Origin: a virus
Length of the DNA stretch: 64,000 nucleotides
Virus record (IMG/VR): IMGVR_UViG_3300017760_000001
Location: 64,001-128,000 of that record
Strand: one strand, 5' to 3'
This document shows positions 20,701-30,595 of this stretch, piece by piece. Below the pieces are notes generated by a model. That model was given only the letters and a program-made list of their open reading frames with translations, did no database searches and was not told the DNA's origin. Made by a program: the position numbers and the translations under genes. Numbering within the stretch: position 1 is the first letter of the stretch; each line of letters begins with the position of its first letter.

Positions 20701-23700
20701 TCTTTTGAGCTGCATCCGCTGGTGGTTCCGAAACAAAAACATCAGCATGTTCGTTGTGATTACTTCGTGGACAAGTACCGACATAACTATTGAAGTTGTG
20801 ATTAGCAGGTTTTTGGAATACCCACTCATCAGCCTCTCTGAGTTTGCCTGGAGGCCAAGACTTTCCGTTTTGACCTGTTGTATAGTCCCAATCAAACTCA
20901 TCTTGATGACCTACTACTCCATAGGTTACATCTTTTGTGGTGACTTCTTTGGTGTCACCAACAACTCTGTTCGTTGTTTGTGAAAGAATTTCAGTACCAG
21001 TTGATAAGACTTCATTAGTTGATGTTGAACCTGTGGATACCCAGTCACCTAGGTCTTCCGTAACTTTCTGACCGATAAATGAAGTATCAGTACCTATCAG
21101 TGTTGTTACTGGTAGAGAGGTTGCAACCAGAGGTTCTGAAGTCATTCCAACCTGAAGGTCAGCGACATCTATACCACTCCACGAATATTCTCCAATATTA
21201 TAGAGTAGACCCTGATCAGTACTAAATTCAGTGCCACCATCAACCAAAAGTGGAGCATCATGATCTATTTCCATCCAAGTATCTTTTGAGGGTGAAAGTA
21301 CTAGATCACCAGCGGTCTTTTCAACATGGAATGGGTTAACATTAATAGTTCTAGATGCAACAGTCTGGGAAAGGTATACTTTCTCGGTGTGTGCAAGATA
21401 AACATTGTCGCCTTTTTTAACAGTATTTGTGGAGTTATCACTATCATAATTTAAGAATGTCGATCTACACTTATAGCCAGGTCTAATTAACCCTTTAGTC
21501 ACATCCATTGATGCTCTATGCTCAATGCTTTTGGTATCTGTGAATTTTTGGTTCTTAAAGTTATCTACAAAGAAACCTGTGTGAATTCTTTCTTCACCAG
21601 TGGAATCAAAAAGTCTTTCATTAGCAGCATTGACTTCTAGTAAAGAAAGTGTAGTCGCTTGTTCTAACTTGTCAAGTCTTTTTTCAATCTTGTTGATGTC
21701 TTCCATCGTATAACCACGTCTAGGAATAATCGTGGTTTCGATATCTTTAGTATGCAAAGTGTTTGCATTCATCTGGATCTTGTAGAGATCAATACAATCA
21801 ACAGGAGTAGAAGGATACTTAGGTTGTAATGATGGTACACCCATGATCAATCGTAACTCGCCGCCTTTCGATAACACTAGTTTATCAAGACGAGGCATGA
21901 AGTACTCACCGTCAGCGTTTATCAAAGTATTTGCTTGTGGTAGGTCTAAAGTTAAACCTGATGTGAAGTTACCACTACCATTCACAGTTGGTCGTAAGTC
22001 GATAACATCACGCAAACTTACTAGTCTACCATTTTCGGTTCGGTGAACAGGTAAATTTACGTAGTCAACCTGACCAGAGTATGAACTAACATCGAAGAAA
22101 TCACCAGTACCATGTGCGAAATAATCGAAGTCAACATAGACATTTTGACCTACAGAGTCCAGACCGTGACTGTATATTAATTTTGCTAGATCATAGTGCG
22201 TGTCTCTCTGACCATTATCAACTTTAAAGGAAGATAAAACATTTTTACCATTGACATCATTCGCTTTACAAGCATTGATTCTATATAAATCGGTTTGTGC
22301 TAGATCTAAGAACTTAACACCTTGACCATCGGAGTCTAATCCATAGGTTCCTGTGACTTTAGTTAGTGTTTTTTGTTTTCTCTGAGGATTAGGTATCTGT
22401 TCATAATGCATGACCTCATAAGTTACACCATTTGCAAGGCCATTAATTGTTGATGAGTTAGTCCCAAAACTAATGAACGAACCGTCAACGTGATCTGAGT
22501 CTGGTGAAGATACGATCCATTCTCCAGAATTAGCTAAGGCATTACCACTAGTAACATTAAGTGTTGCGGTAGTCCCAGAAGCCGTGACACTTTTCTTTTT
22601 TGCAACCGTCATTAAATGATCGGTAAAGGTTTTTGGTCTGGGTAACGGACTATCAAATATAAGATTTCGTTGACTCGTTTGATACAGAGCAGTTTGATTT
22701 TGTTCTTGATACAGATTCACATAATTGTTAGTAGCGTCACCAGTGTCGGTTACGATAGACTTAATGTCTCGTATGGTTTTAGCAGGATTTGTAATTTTTG
22801 TATTGAAAACGTGTAATTTTCGTGTTCCTAACACAGAACTATTTGAATTCAACGCACGAACATTAGTTGTACCAATAGCATTACCGCCACCATTAACAGC
22901 ATCTCTCAACTGTAGTTCTTGACAAGAAGTAAAGTCTGGCATATCACCCTTACCGTCAGTATACAGGAAGTAGTTACCATAGTCAACAGTAATTGCATCA
23001 TTATTTCTAATGATGGTGTCAGTAGGTCTATCCGAAAGGATAGTGGTAGGCGCATCTTTGTTGATACGATAACCTTTAACATATGCGGTGCCTGGTGTTA
23101 CTTTTAGTTTAAAAGTAGTGGCATTGTTAGGTTCAAACGAAGCACGGAAATAACGTCTAACATAATCACCAGATTCTTCGTGAGTACGGATTGCCATCTC
23201 GTCTTTGATAGACTTGAAACCAGAACTTGTTGTTGTTTTAGAAACAATCTGTCCACCAACAACTTCAATAATTGGAATAAAGTTTTCGTTGTTTTTTACA
23301 ACCCTACCGTCAGCAAGAGTAAGAGTGATTCGATATCTATCAGCTCCAGGCGAGGTTAAATTTGGTGTCGCCCCTTGATTATCATATAGGGTAGCATCGT
23401 CATCAACGTTTACGATATCTTGGGTAATCTTAAAACCAAAACGACTCGATTGGTCGGTTTCGTATTTACGGAAAATTAGTTTTTGTGGAGGACAGTAAAC
23501 AACGTGACCTTGTATGAAAAAATGACCCTCGTCAACAGATATGGCGGAACCTAAACCTACCGCTGGATTAAGAGAAGTATTAGTGGTTTGAACATTAAAT
23601 GTAAATGATGAACCAGTCGTACTAGTTATTTCTTCACCAGCTGAAATTCTAGTGCCTTGAGTAGTCTGAGACTGATCCTTCAAATACTCTACGAATAATG

Positions 23701-24064
23701 TGTCTGGATCACTATTCTCAGCTGCAATAGCATTAACAACTAAAAATTCAATTGAACTATCAGAGTTTCTGAACGTTAAACCTTCTAGTACACTTGGATC
23801 ATCAGGGAAGGACGGTGACTCAATTTTAATAAACTCTAGTTTGTTGTCAACTCTAAACGAGCCTGGAGTTATTGATGCGCCTTCGTTAAACAAGTTACCA
23901 GCGAGTTGAGAAAACTGTTGTTGAATTATTGTTTGTAACTGAGTTAACTCTCTTGCTTGTAACGCACGTCCACTATTAAATAAGATCTTATGATAATTTT
24001 TACTCTTATCGTAATCGTCTTTATAAGTTGTCGCAAAAGTATTTTCTGTATAAGTCGTTGGCAT
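17741..24064 (-). CDS. Large virion structural protein (VrlC/DUF4815-like)
   Basis: YKDDYD...KILF..GRALQARELTQLQT, APGADR-like SPGADRY, GTAYVKGY, GFFVDNF, PFMRSR, DPTAQSF and C-terminal LRVIALA motifs. Confidence 0.88.
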   Translation of the reverse strand: MPTTYTENTFATTYKDDYDKSKNYHKILFNSGRALQARELTQLQTIIQQQFSQLAGNLFNEGASITPGSFRVDNKLEFIKIESPSFPDDPSVLEGLTFRNSDSSIEFLVVNAIAAENSDPDTLFVEYLKDQSQTTQGTRISAGEEITSTTGSSFTFNVQTTNTSLNPAVGLGSAISVDEGHFFIQGHVVYCPPQKLIFRKYETDQSSRFGFKITQDIVNVDDDATLYDNQGATPNLTSPGADRYRITLTLADGRVVKNNENFIPIIEVVGGQIVSKTTTSSGFKSIKDEMAIRTHEESGDYVRRYFRASFEPNNATTFKLKVTPGTAYVKGYRINKDAPTTILSDRPTDTIIRNNDAITVDYGNYFLYTDGKGDMPDFTSCQELQLRDAVNGGGNAIGTTNVRALNSNSSVLGTRKLHVFNTKITNPAKTIRDIKSIVTDTGDATNNYVNLYQEQNQTALYQTSQRNLIFDSPLPRPKTFTDHLMTVAKKKSVTASGTTATLNVTSGNALANSGEWIVSSPDSDHVDGSFISFGTNSSTINGLANGVTYEVMHYEQIPNPQRKQKTLTKVTGTYGLDSDGQGVKFLDLAQTDLYRINACKANDVNGKNVLSSFKVDNGQRDTHYDLAKLIYSHGLDSVGQNVYVDFDYFAHGTGDFFDVSSYSGQVDYVNLPVHRTENGRLVSLRDVIDLRPTVNGSGNFTSGLTLDLPQANTLINADGEYFMPRLDKLVLSKGGELRLIMGVPSLQPKYPSTPVDCIDLYKIQMNANTLHTKDIETTIIPRRGYTMEDINKIEKRLDKLEQATTLSLLEVNAANERLFDSTGEERIHTGFFVDNFKNQKFTDTKSIEHRASMDVTKGLIRPGYKCRSTFLNYDSDNSTNTVKKGDNVYLAHTEKVYLSQTVASRTINVNPFHVEKTAGDLVLSPSKDTWMEIDHDAPLLVDGGTEFSTDQGLLYNIGEYSWSGIDVADLQVGMTSEPLVATSLPVTTLIGTDTSFIGQKVTEDLGDWVSTGSTSTNEVLSTGTEILSQTTNRVVGDTKEVTTKDVTYGVVGHQDEFDWDYTTGQNGKSWPPGKLREADEWVFQKPANHNFNSYVGTCPRSNHNEHADVFVSEPPADAAQKNTFKSTNPYTAQGYYDPNNGVWTFAGEGYTAKKVKPGGLVLIRGIKDGKFHLRTTKGRRLSSGNLSGKRSFAIYVGDATAVNNVVITDYYTDVSTEIETYSRDTGIQVTTTNTSLAKTDTVSTTNYNLTTEEYNTATETTTSVARIVSESVLEEIVDNRVLQILHIPFMRSRKVSFKATNLRPNTRYFPFFNDTDVSRFCKPKTFYKSSTLEDPDYFDVESGANMVPEVELPTSTEHSEGSGSLISDGNGVLEGEFEIPNIVQPPMRFPTGTALFELYDVSVPDKDKALSYASQRYTSAGAIQSLQGEYTVTTTRVLETSGIQDTTVDNDRFTTHTVSSDDPIVASNIVTDEKVEITRTPVHGETEVNTEITGTQSIHVGQNVTYDYAQGQGGLASYVYDNEQTFIPRYGTGDGVVTIQPKGAVYKDEDPTAQSFEVLDPNGITLTRVRLFFAEKPSAEDIQHGVSIAITEAPAGKPDRTRRVPGSLVNLIPSQVRTLAESGATIGDMLSTGTDFVFDEPIFLQGNGANYAIIIRSKSMKYKLYISQVKEFLLGSTDTLIQQQPTLGSLFVSQNTDVWEPRGEQDLAFVFYRAEFETKGTVQLANRKLRPMKLVANPIMTDENDDSDGSGNATVTVFAEGHGLRKGDKTRIFGLTSSTSYNGIQGSEIMSEGANKAAVTTNLLEVQGVDATSIRVKVRGKSNANGRTGGGTVTMLQHLPFEQIRPDFDIVQPETTNYTFSAKMYDNSPLSDSDGTRFVRDTNFTLMKNKTRLDLDKEYCIFNTFEEETENNFVNPLDANDKFKSFAGQLVLTTADTRVSPILDMESSDLKLTHNVIDNNDEFIDEEFIFSDELDNRYNELDEENILGGTVAAKHVCIPIDLAQSSQGISVKMGVNRPPDTGIGLYYRTCNKDQNIKNVSWNYISPEGDMPADTNKNNFREYQFVIGDNPVQPLTRFDRFQLKIVFSSLTAAKVPVIKSLRVIALAD

Positions 24065-24077
24065 CTTCTATGTTACC

Positions 24078-25532
24078 TTAGAGTTGTATTACGATTTTTA
24101 AATCTTCTGTTTGTTCAGCTGAACGATCAACTGCTGCTCTGTTATCAATATATAGGAGTTCTCCAGAATGAGGATCTATCTCTCCTCTAAGGAATCCATT
24201 AGATTTTATAGTCCCTTGAACACCACTAGGATTTTCAACAACATCTCCATCTGCAAATGCTCTAAATTGAGTATCTTCTGTTTGATGCACTAGTAGTCTC
24301 ACTTCATTATTAACCGCATCGACAGAGTCGATAGCATCAACATATGCCGTTGCTCTAGGTAAAGCACCTGTCTGTGAAGTAATTGTTGTATCTTCAGTGA
24401 AAGTACCAGCGCCACTCAATTCAATTCTATCTAGTGTACTGCCTGTCGCATCAGCGAAAAAGTGTGTGTCTTCTCTATTAGCAGAATCTCTAACCAATGG
24501 ATTACGAACAAGTATAACTTGACGGAAGGTGTTGTCACCTATCAAAAAATCTCCATTTTCTGTACCATCGATCTTAGCGTTGAACATACACGCACCTGTT
24601 TTCAGATCATCTCTCGGATCAGCGCCCAGACCCTTCTCTGGGCCAAGAATAACACGAGCTTTTGCGCCAGTACCACCACCACCAGTGATAGCAACACTAG
24701 CACGTTTATAACCAGATCCACGGAAGGAACGTTTGTCTGCAGCAAGTGATGCGTAACTAGATGGTAATGTTCCATTTAGATTTCTATCAGAATCTCCCTT
24801 AACCCTAACATCTACTAATGCATTACCCGAAATAATTGGAACAAGTACACAACCTGTGCCATCACCTATTACTTCAACTGTAGGTGTAGAAGTATAACCA
24901 CTACCTTGATCAGTAACTTCAATACCCACCACTTCACCAGGCCTTGCCGCTAATTGTACTGCACGTTGTTCTACTACTTCCGCAGTCGCATCAACAGATG
25001 CAGCTTCATCGGAATCAACAAGCTGTACAGGCATATAAGACGAAGAAAGGAATTTAGAAGCACGCAAAGCACCAATAGAAAAAATAAACTTCCATCGATA
25101 TCCATCGGAAGTTTCAAATGGTTGACCGTTTGTGTTACCAGTTGGTTGTTCCGTAGAAACTACAGCGGAACCATTAGCATCTCTACCTTGTTGTACACAA
25201 ATGTAAATTTCTTGGTTACTATTCATTACATAGAATTGATTGAGTGGGTAACCAATCGTGTCATCATCATAATGGTTATATATCGCACCAGAAGTCCAAT
25301 TACTACGAGGAACAACGAATGATCTGTCGGTGATATTTTTCATAGACTGCATGTTCATTCTAGCATCACGTTCATCTCTAACACGAGGTTGTGGAGTAAC
25401 AGGATTATCTGATGCATCCCACTGTTCAGATCTACCGATACCAGCGTAATATCTTACACCAGTGGAATCAAAATCGTTGAATAGATCAAGAAGAAATTGT
25501 TTTTTAATTTTGTCTGTTACTATAGCACTCAT
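24078..25532 (-). CDS. gp8: Baseplate wedge subunit gp8
   Basis: VVPRSNWTSG, FYVMNS, DGYRWKF, FRQV..V.NP and SGELLYIDNR...EDLKIVI motifs. Confidence 0.93.
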   Translation of the reverse strand: MSAIVTDKIKKQFLLDLFNDFDSTGVRYYAGIGRSEQWDASDNPVTPQPRVRDERDARMNMQSMKNITDRSFVVPRSNWTSGAIYNHYDDDTIGYPLNQFYVMNSNQEIYICVQQGRDANGSAVVSTEQPTGNTNGQPFETSDGYRWKFIFSIGALRASKFLSSSYMPVQLVDSDEAASVDATAEVVEQRAVQLAARPGEVVGIEVTDQGSGYTSTPTVEVIGDGTGCVLVPIISGNALVDVRVKGDSDRNLNGTLPSSYASLAADKRSFRGSGYKRASVAITGGGGTGAKARVILGPEKGLGADPRDDLKTGACMFNAKIDGTENGDFLIGDNTFRQVILVRNPLVRDSANREDTHFFADATGSTLDRIELSGAGTFTEDTTITSQTGALPRATAYVDAIDSVDAVNNEVRLLVHQTEDTQFRAFADGDVVENPSGVQGTIKSNGFLRGEIDPHSGELLYIDNRAAVDRSAEQTEDLKIVIQL

Positions 25533-25541
25533 TTACTTTTC

Positions 25542-26549
25542 CTATGAAACCGTTGCGCCGTTATTTGAAATTATGTACCACTCTGTTGTAATACTTGAAT
25601 ACACTAAAGATATAGATGCACGTTCTGGTATCGATACCTCATCGTGACCCGAAGGATTGCCTGGAATATCTAAAGTCCAAGTGGCGGTATTCCTGTTGAT
25701 AATATGTTTTACTTCACCATCTTCTGTACCATCAAGTATTGAACAAGTCGGTGAACCTGATGATATGTTGAGGAACGTTATAGGTGAAAGCAAAGAAATA
25801 TTAGATGGGTTGCTAGTCGCATTTTGTGTTGCTAATATTAATTTGTCTTGAATCCTAACGCCACCAGTACCCTTACCGAATAAGTCTAAATTTATATTAG
25901 TATTATCACCGACAGCTTTAACAGCAGGATGTGCGGCATTGGCCGCACTAAGAACTTCGATATGATTGACTGCATTGCCAACGCTATTGAGACTCAGTAT
26001 TTCGTTACCCGAAATGTCGTTAATAGATCCGCCAGTAATTTTTGGTGTGGTTAAAGTTTTATTGGTTAGTGTCTGTGTGTGATCATTAAAGGTAAACTCA
26101 TCACTATCTGTTAGTAGTGGTAAGTTTATGTTTCTGTTCGCAACGATGTCAGATGGAACTAGAGAATATTGGTGATTGGCACCACCATCAGTGATCGTCA
26201 AACCAGAGATTGTTGGACTAGAGATCGTGGGACTTGTGATCGTCTTGTTAGTCAACGTCTGAGTTGCAACCGTAAGTACGAAGTCACCATCCGCATCTGG
26301 AAGAGTAAGGATACGATCCGCAGTTGCGTTTGCAGCCTTCAACCTAACTTCGTGTTGATCCGTTGACGATCCCTCAAAAACAAGGGCATCGTTTTCAATA
26401 GCTAACTGACCAGAAAGTGCATCGGGATCACCACTAAGGAACGTATAAATTTCCTGAAAGTTCTGATTGATCTTCTGTGATGCAACACGCAGAGTATCAC
26501 CTGTACCATCATTGGGTAACGAACCGTTGTTTAAATTTTGTCTTGCCAT
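25542..26549 (-). CDS. gp9: Baseplate wedge / fibre connector with gp9/gp10-like N-terminus
   Basis: MARQNLNNGSLPNDGTGDTLR...KINQNFQEIY; QTLTNKT repeats. Confidence 0.8.
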   Translation of the reverse strand: MARQNLNNGSLPNDGTGDTLRVASQKINQNFQEIYTFLSGDPDALSGQLAIENDALVFEGSSTDQHEVRLKAANATADRILTLPDADGDFVLTVATQTLTNKTITSPTISSPTISGLTITDGGANHQYSLVPSDIVANRNINLPLLTDSDEFTFNDHTQTLTNKTLTTPKITGGSINDISGNEILSLNSVGNAVNHIEVLSAANAAHPAVKAVGDNTNINLDLFGKGTGGVRIQDKLILATQNATSNPSNISLLSPITFLNISSGSPTCSILDGTEDGEVKHIINRNTATWTLDIPGNPSGHDEVSIPERASISLVYSSITTEWYIISNNGATVS

Positions 26550-26577
26550 TTACTTTTACCTAAAAGTTCTATGATTC

Positions 26578-26585
26578 TATTTATA
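26578..26585 (-). promoter_or_regulatory. Late promoter TATAAATA
   Basis: Exact motif, intergenic, upstream of gp9. Confidence 0.85.
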
Positions 26586-26589
26586 CGTT

Positions 26590-27672
26590 TTATAGTAACT
26601 CATTCAGAGTTATTTCACTATCTGAGTCACCTGTTACGCCCACCGCCGTATTGTCACCATCTTCTCTTCTTTTATTGACCCAAGTGAATCTATCCTGATC
26701 CAATGTTTCTAGTGCAGATAGACCCATTGCAGAACCACTGTCATCATCATCTTCATCAAATGTTGGTGAATCTGGACGTAAAAATTCCAACAAGTTACTA
26801 TGTAGACCTTGTAATTCGCTGATAGATACATCTTCGACATCTTTAATGTCATTACCCGCTGGATTAGGATATGTACCTTTACTGCCCATACTCATTCTAA
26901 ATTTCATTTCATCTCCTCCTAATCCTGAAAGTGGAATGTCGAATAGTGCGGTATGATCAGCAATACCCAACGGATGACGTACGTTAGCAATACTCTCAAC
27001 TTCTTGAGGCGGAATGTCCAGTAAGCCTGGGGGCGGTTGTATTTCAAAGTCAATATCAACCACACCTTGAAGTTGTACCTGAGAACCCAAGTACATACCA
27101 GCAGGGTGAACAAACAACTTGTAAATTTCTCTCCATTCATTGATCGACAATTCACTTTTAATTTGAATAGCATATGTCTGATATAGTTTATCATCAGTCA
27201 AGAATCTTTGCGATGATGGGCCAACCTCAGATTCGTTCAATGTGAATATTTGTTTCTTTGTATAAACTACGTCTGGATCTATACCAAAGAATGTACGGAA
27301 GAACTGTTGTATCGAATACTTAGTACCCTTTGATCGATACAATGTATTCGAGTACTTTGCTGCCTCTCTCTTATCTTGGAATCCTTCGAAGTAGGATTGT
27401 CCCAAAAGTAATTCGTCTTCTAGGAATGATAACAGATCTATGTCTGTCTGTGTAATATCTCTTAACGTAAACAGTTCATTCAAAAGATCTGTCGGCGAAC
27501 CCGACTGTTCTTCAAAATGGAAGTACGTTTCCAATAACTGTACTAACTTCGGATAATTCTCAACAATATGGTCGGGTAAAACCTCCTCGACTTTATAGTG
27601 ACGAAGGTTTAACTCCCTCCGACCTAAGTCGTGTAACGTTTTGTCCTGATGTCCGTTACTATTTAAATTCAT
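26590..27672 (-). CDS. gp7: Short baseplate wedge initiator (gp7-like)
   Basis: LYRSKGT..S...FFR and KLFVHPAGM motifs; follows gp6. Confidence 0.75.
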   Translation of the reverse strand: MNLNSNGHQDKTLHDLGRRELNLRHYKVEEVLPDHIVENYPKLVQLLETYFHFEEQSGSPTDLLNELFTLRDITQTDIDLLSFLEDELLLGQSYFEGFQDKREAAKYSNTLYRSKGTKYSIQQFFRTFFGIDPDVVYTKKQIFTLNESEVGPSSQRFLTDDKLYQTYAIQIKSELSINEWREIYKLFVHPAGMYLGSQVQLQGVVDIDFEIQPPPGLLDIPPQEVESIANVRHPLGIADHTALFDIPLSGLGGDEMKFRMSMGSKGTYPNPAGNDIKDVEDVSISELQGLHSNLLEFLRPDSPTFDEDDDDSGSAMGLSALETLDQDRFTWVNKRREDGDNTAVGVTGDSDSEITLNELL

Positions 27673-29501
27673 TAGTTAGTCGCTGTTGTTAGTACACCAT
27701 CCGATTTAGATGCTGACTCGTCATATACCAAGACATCATTTCTTGTCGGGACAATAAGAGATTGATTGCCAGGGAATATGGAAATTTTAATTTGTGTTTG
27801 TCCACCTATCAAAGAATCAACTTGTAAACCAACTAAATGAACATCACCTTCAATTGTAAAATAACCTACGTCATCTACTTCAATTCGATTGTCCTGTAAG
27901 TTAATTACTTGTAAAGTGTTGCTACTCAACTTATTTTTTATTTGACACGTAACACCATTTAAAGTAAAGTTTGTTGACGAAATAATGAAAGTGTCGTCAT
28001 CTGGGTTAGCAATATCAACTGGGAATTTTAATTTATAATCATACTTTCCGCCCAGTATTGGAGTAATTCTCTGTTGCATTTTAACATCAGCACGTGAAGA
28101 AAGAACAGAAGGCGAAACGTCATCTATCAATGTTAGTAGATTCGAACGCCTAAATGCTAGATCAAATTTACCTGTATTTTCTGCAAAGTAATTTCTTATG
28201 ACATCATCGATCTGAGACTTAATAGTATTCAGAGTCAAAGATGTCAACCTTTCGTTAAACTGAAAACGTGTGTCAAGTTCAACGAATGTGGTTACAGGGT
28301 CAGCAAACTTCAAATCAAAAGAAGCGATAGCTAATTGTTCTGCGAGATCTATAATGGATTCTTTTGTTCTATTAACAGTATTCTCTGGAATTTCTGAGTT
28401 AAACAGAACCGACATATAAACACAACCATATTCTTTAATTATGTTGTCCTCTCCGCCCCAAGACTTGATATCTCTAATCAAGGACGAAAAGTTACGTAAC
28501 ACAAGAGACGAATAGTCCGCATGAGTCACCATTCTATTCTGAGCTGCATATTGGAACGGTGCGTTCTTACGAATAGATTCTATTGATTCTTTATCAGCGC
28601 CACCAGAACTTCTGGTTTCGGTTGTTATTGTTGGAACCTGATCTGTATCAGGTGCGACATTCGCTATAGCTGAAATTGGTTCGAATATTTCCGCAAAGTT
28701 TGCATCTGCGCCAGAGACGGACAAATACTCAACAACAATCTTGTTGCCTGGTTGAGGTGTCTTACCTAATGTAGTACCGTTACCGAATGTAAGTTCAAAG
28801 TAACCATTAGGCATTTCTTTTAGAATGTAAATGGTAGTATTTTCGTTCAAGACATTGGTGTCTAAAATATTGTTATAGGCAGCAAATTCCTCAGAAGTTG
28901 AACTAGGGTAAACTTTAACCACCGCAGTAGTAAGATCTAAATTTGAGTCTGGTATAATGTATGTCACATTCTCTGTATTATCACCAGAAATAAATGTTTT
29001 AGTTTTTGCAATACCTTCTTTGATAGGAATAACATTAGTGCCGTTGTCTAACTTAAACTCATAGAATCCAAAACCATCATTGGTTGCGGTTATAGTTTCT
29101 GTAGTTTGGAATGTATAATCAACATCGTCAACGGCTGATGTGAATTTGTATCCAGCTGCGAGGGATATTCTAGGACTGGGATTGTTAATACCAGATAAAT
29201 TCAATGACATCTTTATTTCCGCAGATGATCCGTGTTTACTATCAGGAATATAACCGATACCCTCAGAAAGAGATACCAAAGAACTACGAAGTTGTGCAGT
29301 TCCAAGAAACGCTTCGTTCAAAGCAAAGTTAGCTGTCAATCCATTTATGTGAGTATTGTATGCCAACACATCGAGAATGTTCGAAAGACCCGATGCCTCA
29401 AAATTAAAGTCTTTAAATTCTTTTTCTTGTTCTAGATATTCTTTCAGATTATTCTTAATTGACTGAAAGTCTAACGCTGTTGATTTAATCGTTGTCGCCA
29501 T
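27672..29501 (-). CDS. gp6: Baseplate wedge subunit gp6
   Basis: LDFQSIK, DFNFEASGL..LDVLAYNT and ESIESIRKNAP...QNRMVT motifs. Confidence 0.96.
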   Translation of the reverse strand: MATTIKSTALDFQSIKNNLKEYLEQEKEFKDFNFEASGLSNILDVLAYNTHINGLTANFALNEAFLGTAQLRSSLVSLSEGIGYIPDSKHGSSAEIKMSLNLSGINNPSPRISLAAGYKFTSAVDDVDYTFQTTETITATNDGFGFYEFKLDNGTNVIPIKEGIAKTKTFISGDNTENVTYIIPDSNLDLTTAVVKVYPSSTSEEFAAYNNILDTNVLNENTTIYILKEMPNGYFELTFGNGTTLGKTPQPGNKIVVEYLSVSGADANFAEIFEPISAIANVAPDTDQVPTITTETRSSGGADKESIESIRKNAPFQYAAQNRMVTHADYSSLVLRNFSSLIRDIKSWGGEDNIIKEYGCVYMSVLFNSEIPENTVNRTKESIIDLAEQLAIASFDLKFADPVTTFVELDTRFQFNERLTSLTLNTIKSQIDDVIRNYFAENTGKFDLAFRRSNLLTLIDDVSPSVLSSRADVKMQQRITPILGGKYDYKLKFPVDIANPDDDTFIISSTNFTLNGVTCQIKNKLSSNTLQVINLQDNRIEVDDVGYFTIEGDVHLVGLQVDSLIGGQTQIKISIFPGNQSLIVPTRNDVLVYDESASKSDGVLTTATN

Positions 29502-29960
29502 TTATCTTAACCTACTTAGTACGGTAGTAAATTCCACTAGTTCCCCAGTGTTTATTATTTTAAAAATAACAGTTACTTCTGCTGAGTTATTGTCTGGTTC
29601 CATGTTAACAAGTATTTCTAATGAAGAAACATCGACACGAGGTTCGAAAACTTCAATAGCATTTCTTATTTCACGAATCATTGATCTTTCTGTATGTTGA
29701 TCTGATAACTCAAACAAATAGTCATACAGGTTTGCGCCATAGTAAGGATTGAATGGTTTTTCTCCTTGATTGGTCAACAAAAGATTTCTAACCGCAAATT
29801 TGACTGACTGAGCATTAAACTTTTTAAACACATCTTTAGTAGTATTTGATAATGCGAGAGAAATATCTAAATCCGAATATTCTTTGTTCTGTGTTGTTTT
29901 CACAGTCGAAAGATTGATTAGATCTTTATCTTCTATTGATAATGCTCTTTGTGTTGCCAT
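29502..29960 (-). CDS. gp25: Baseplate wedge subunit gp25
   Basis: YSDLD, VRNLLLTNQGEKPFNP and FEPRV motifs. Confidence 0.94.
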   Translation of the reverse strand: MATQRALSIEDKDLINLSTVKTTQNKEYSDLDISLALSNTTKDVFKKFNAQSVKFAVRNLLLTNQGEKPFNPYYGANLYDYLFELSDQHTERSMIREIRNAIEVFEPRVDVSSLEILVNMEPDNNSAEVTVIFKIINTGELVEFTTVLSRLR

Positions 29961-29986
29961 AATAGTCTCTTAAATAACCTTGTATC

Positions 29987-29994
29987 TATTTATA
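29987..29994 (-). promoter_or_regulatory. Late promoter TATAAATA
   Basis: Exact motif upstream of gp25. Confidence 0.85.
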
Positions 29995-29998
29995 CATT

Positions 29999-30595
29999 TT
30001 AGTTCAACTTTACTTCAACTAATTCACCACTAGTCAGAAGTTTTCCGTTGTAATTTGTTGCGATACCAAGTTTAAAGTTTATATCAAATGATTCTGGGAC
30101 ATCAGGCATTTCTACTACAATCTGTGAAGTTAATGAACCATCTGGATTGTAGATATCATAGTCTAGAGTTATCTTGTCATAGAAACAATAGTCTTTCCAA
30201 TATTCCGCCACATCAAATGTTGCGGTGTGATCTATCTTGCCTTCTCTATCAATAACTTGATATACTACAACACGACCATTTTGTTTTTTAATATTATCTC
30301 CCCCAACTGTCTCTAGAGGGCCACCTTTGTATATTCCTTCACTCACAATCAGACGTACATCATTGAACAACTCGGTATTACCATTGATTGTTCTGTACAT
30401 CTCTGCATGTAGATAAAGGTTACGTGCAATCTGTTTCCTTTCTTCTGCCGTACCGATATGAGAGAACGGTGTCTTGTCCCCATACGCACCAAGGTATTTC
30501 GCAATGGTTACGCCTGGCGCTAACTTAGTTCTCGATGAGATCTTATCTCCATCAAGAAAGTTTGGATTGTAAATTGGATCTGGTAATATAATCAT
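29999..30595 (-). CDS. Baseplate-associated protein, possibly a degenerate peptidase M15-like fold
   Basis: KLAPGVTI...ARNL...YDKITLDY resembles M15 domains attached to gp5, but no Zn ligands are evident. Confidence 0.45.
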   Translation of the reverse strand: MIILPDPIYNPNFLDGDKISSRTKLAPGVTIAKYLGAYGDKTPFSHIGTAEERKQIARNLYLHAEMYRTINGNTELFNDVRLIVSEGIYKGGPLETVGGDNIKKQNGRVVVYQVIDREGKIDHTATFDVAEYWKDYCFYDKITLDYDIYNPDGSLTSQIVVEMPDVPESFDINFKLGIATNYNGKLLTSGELVEVKLN

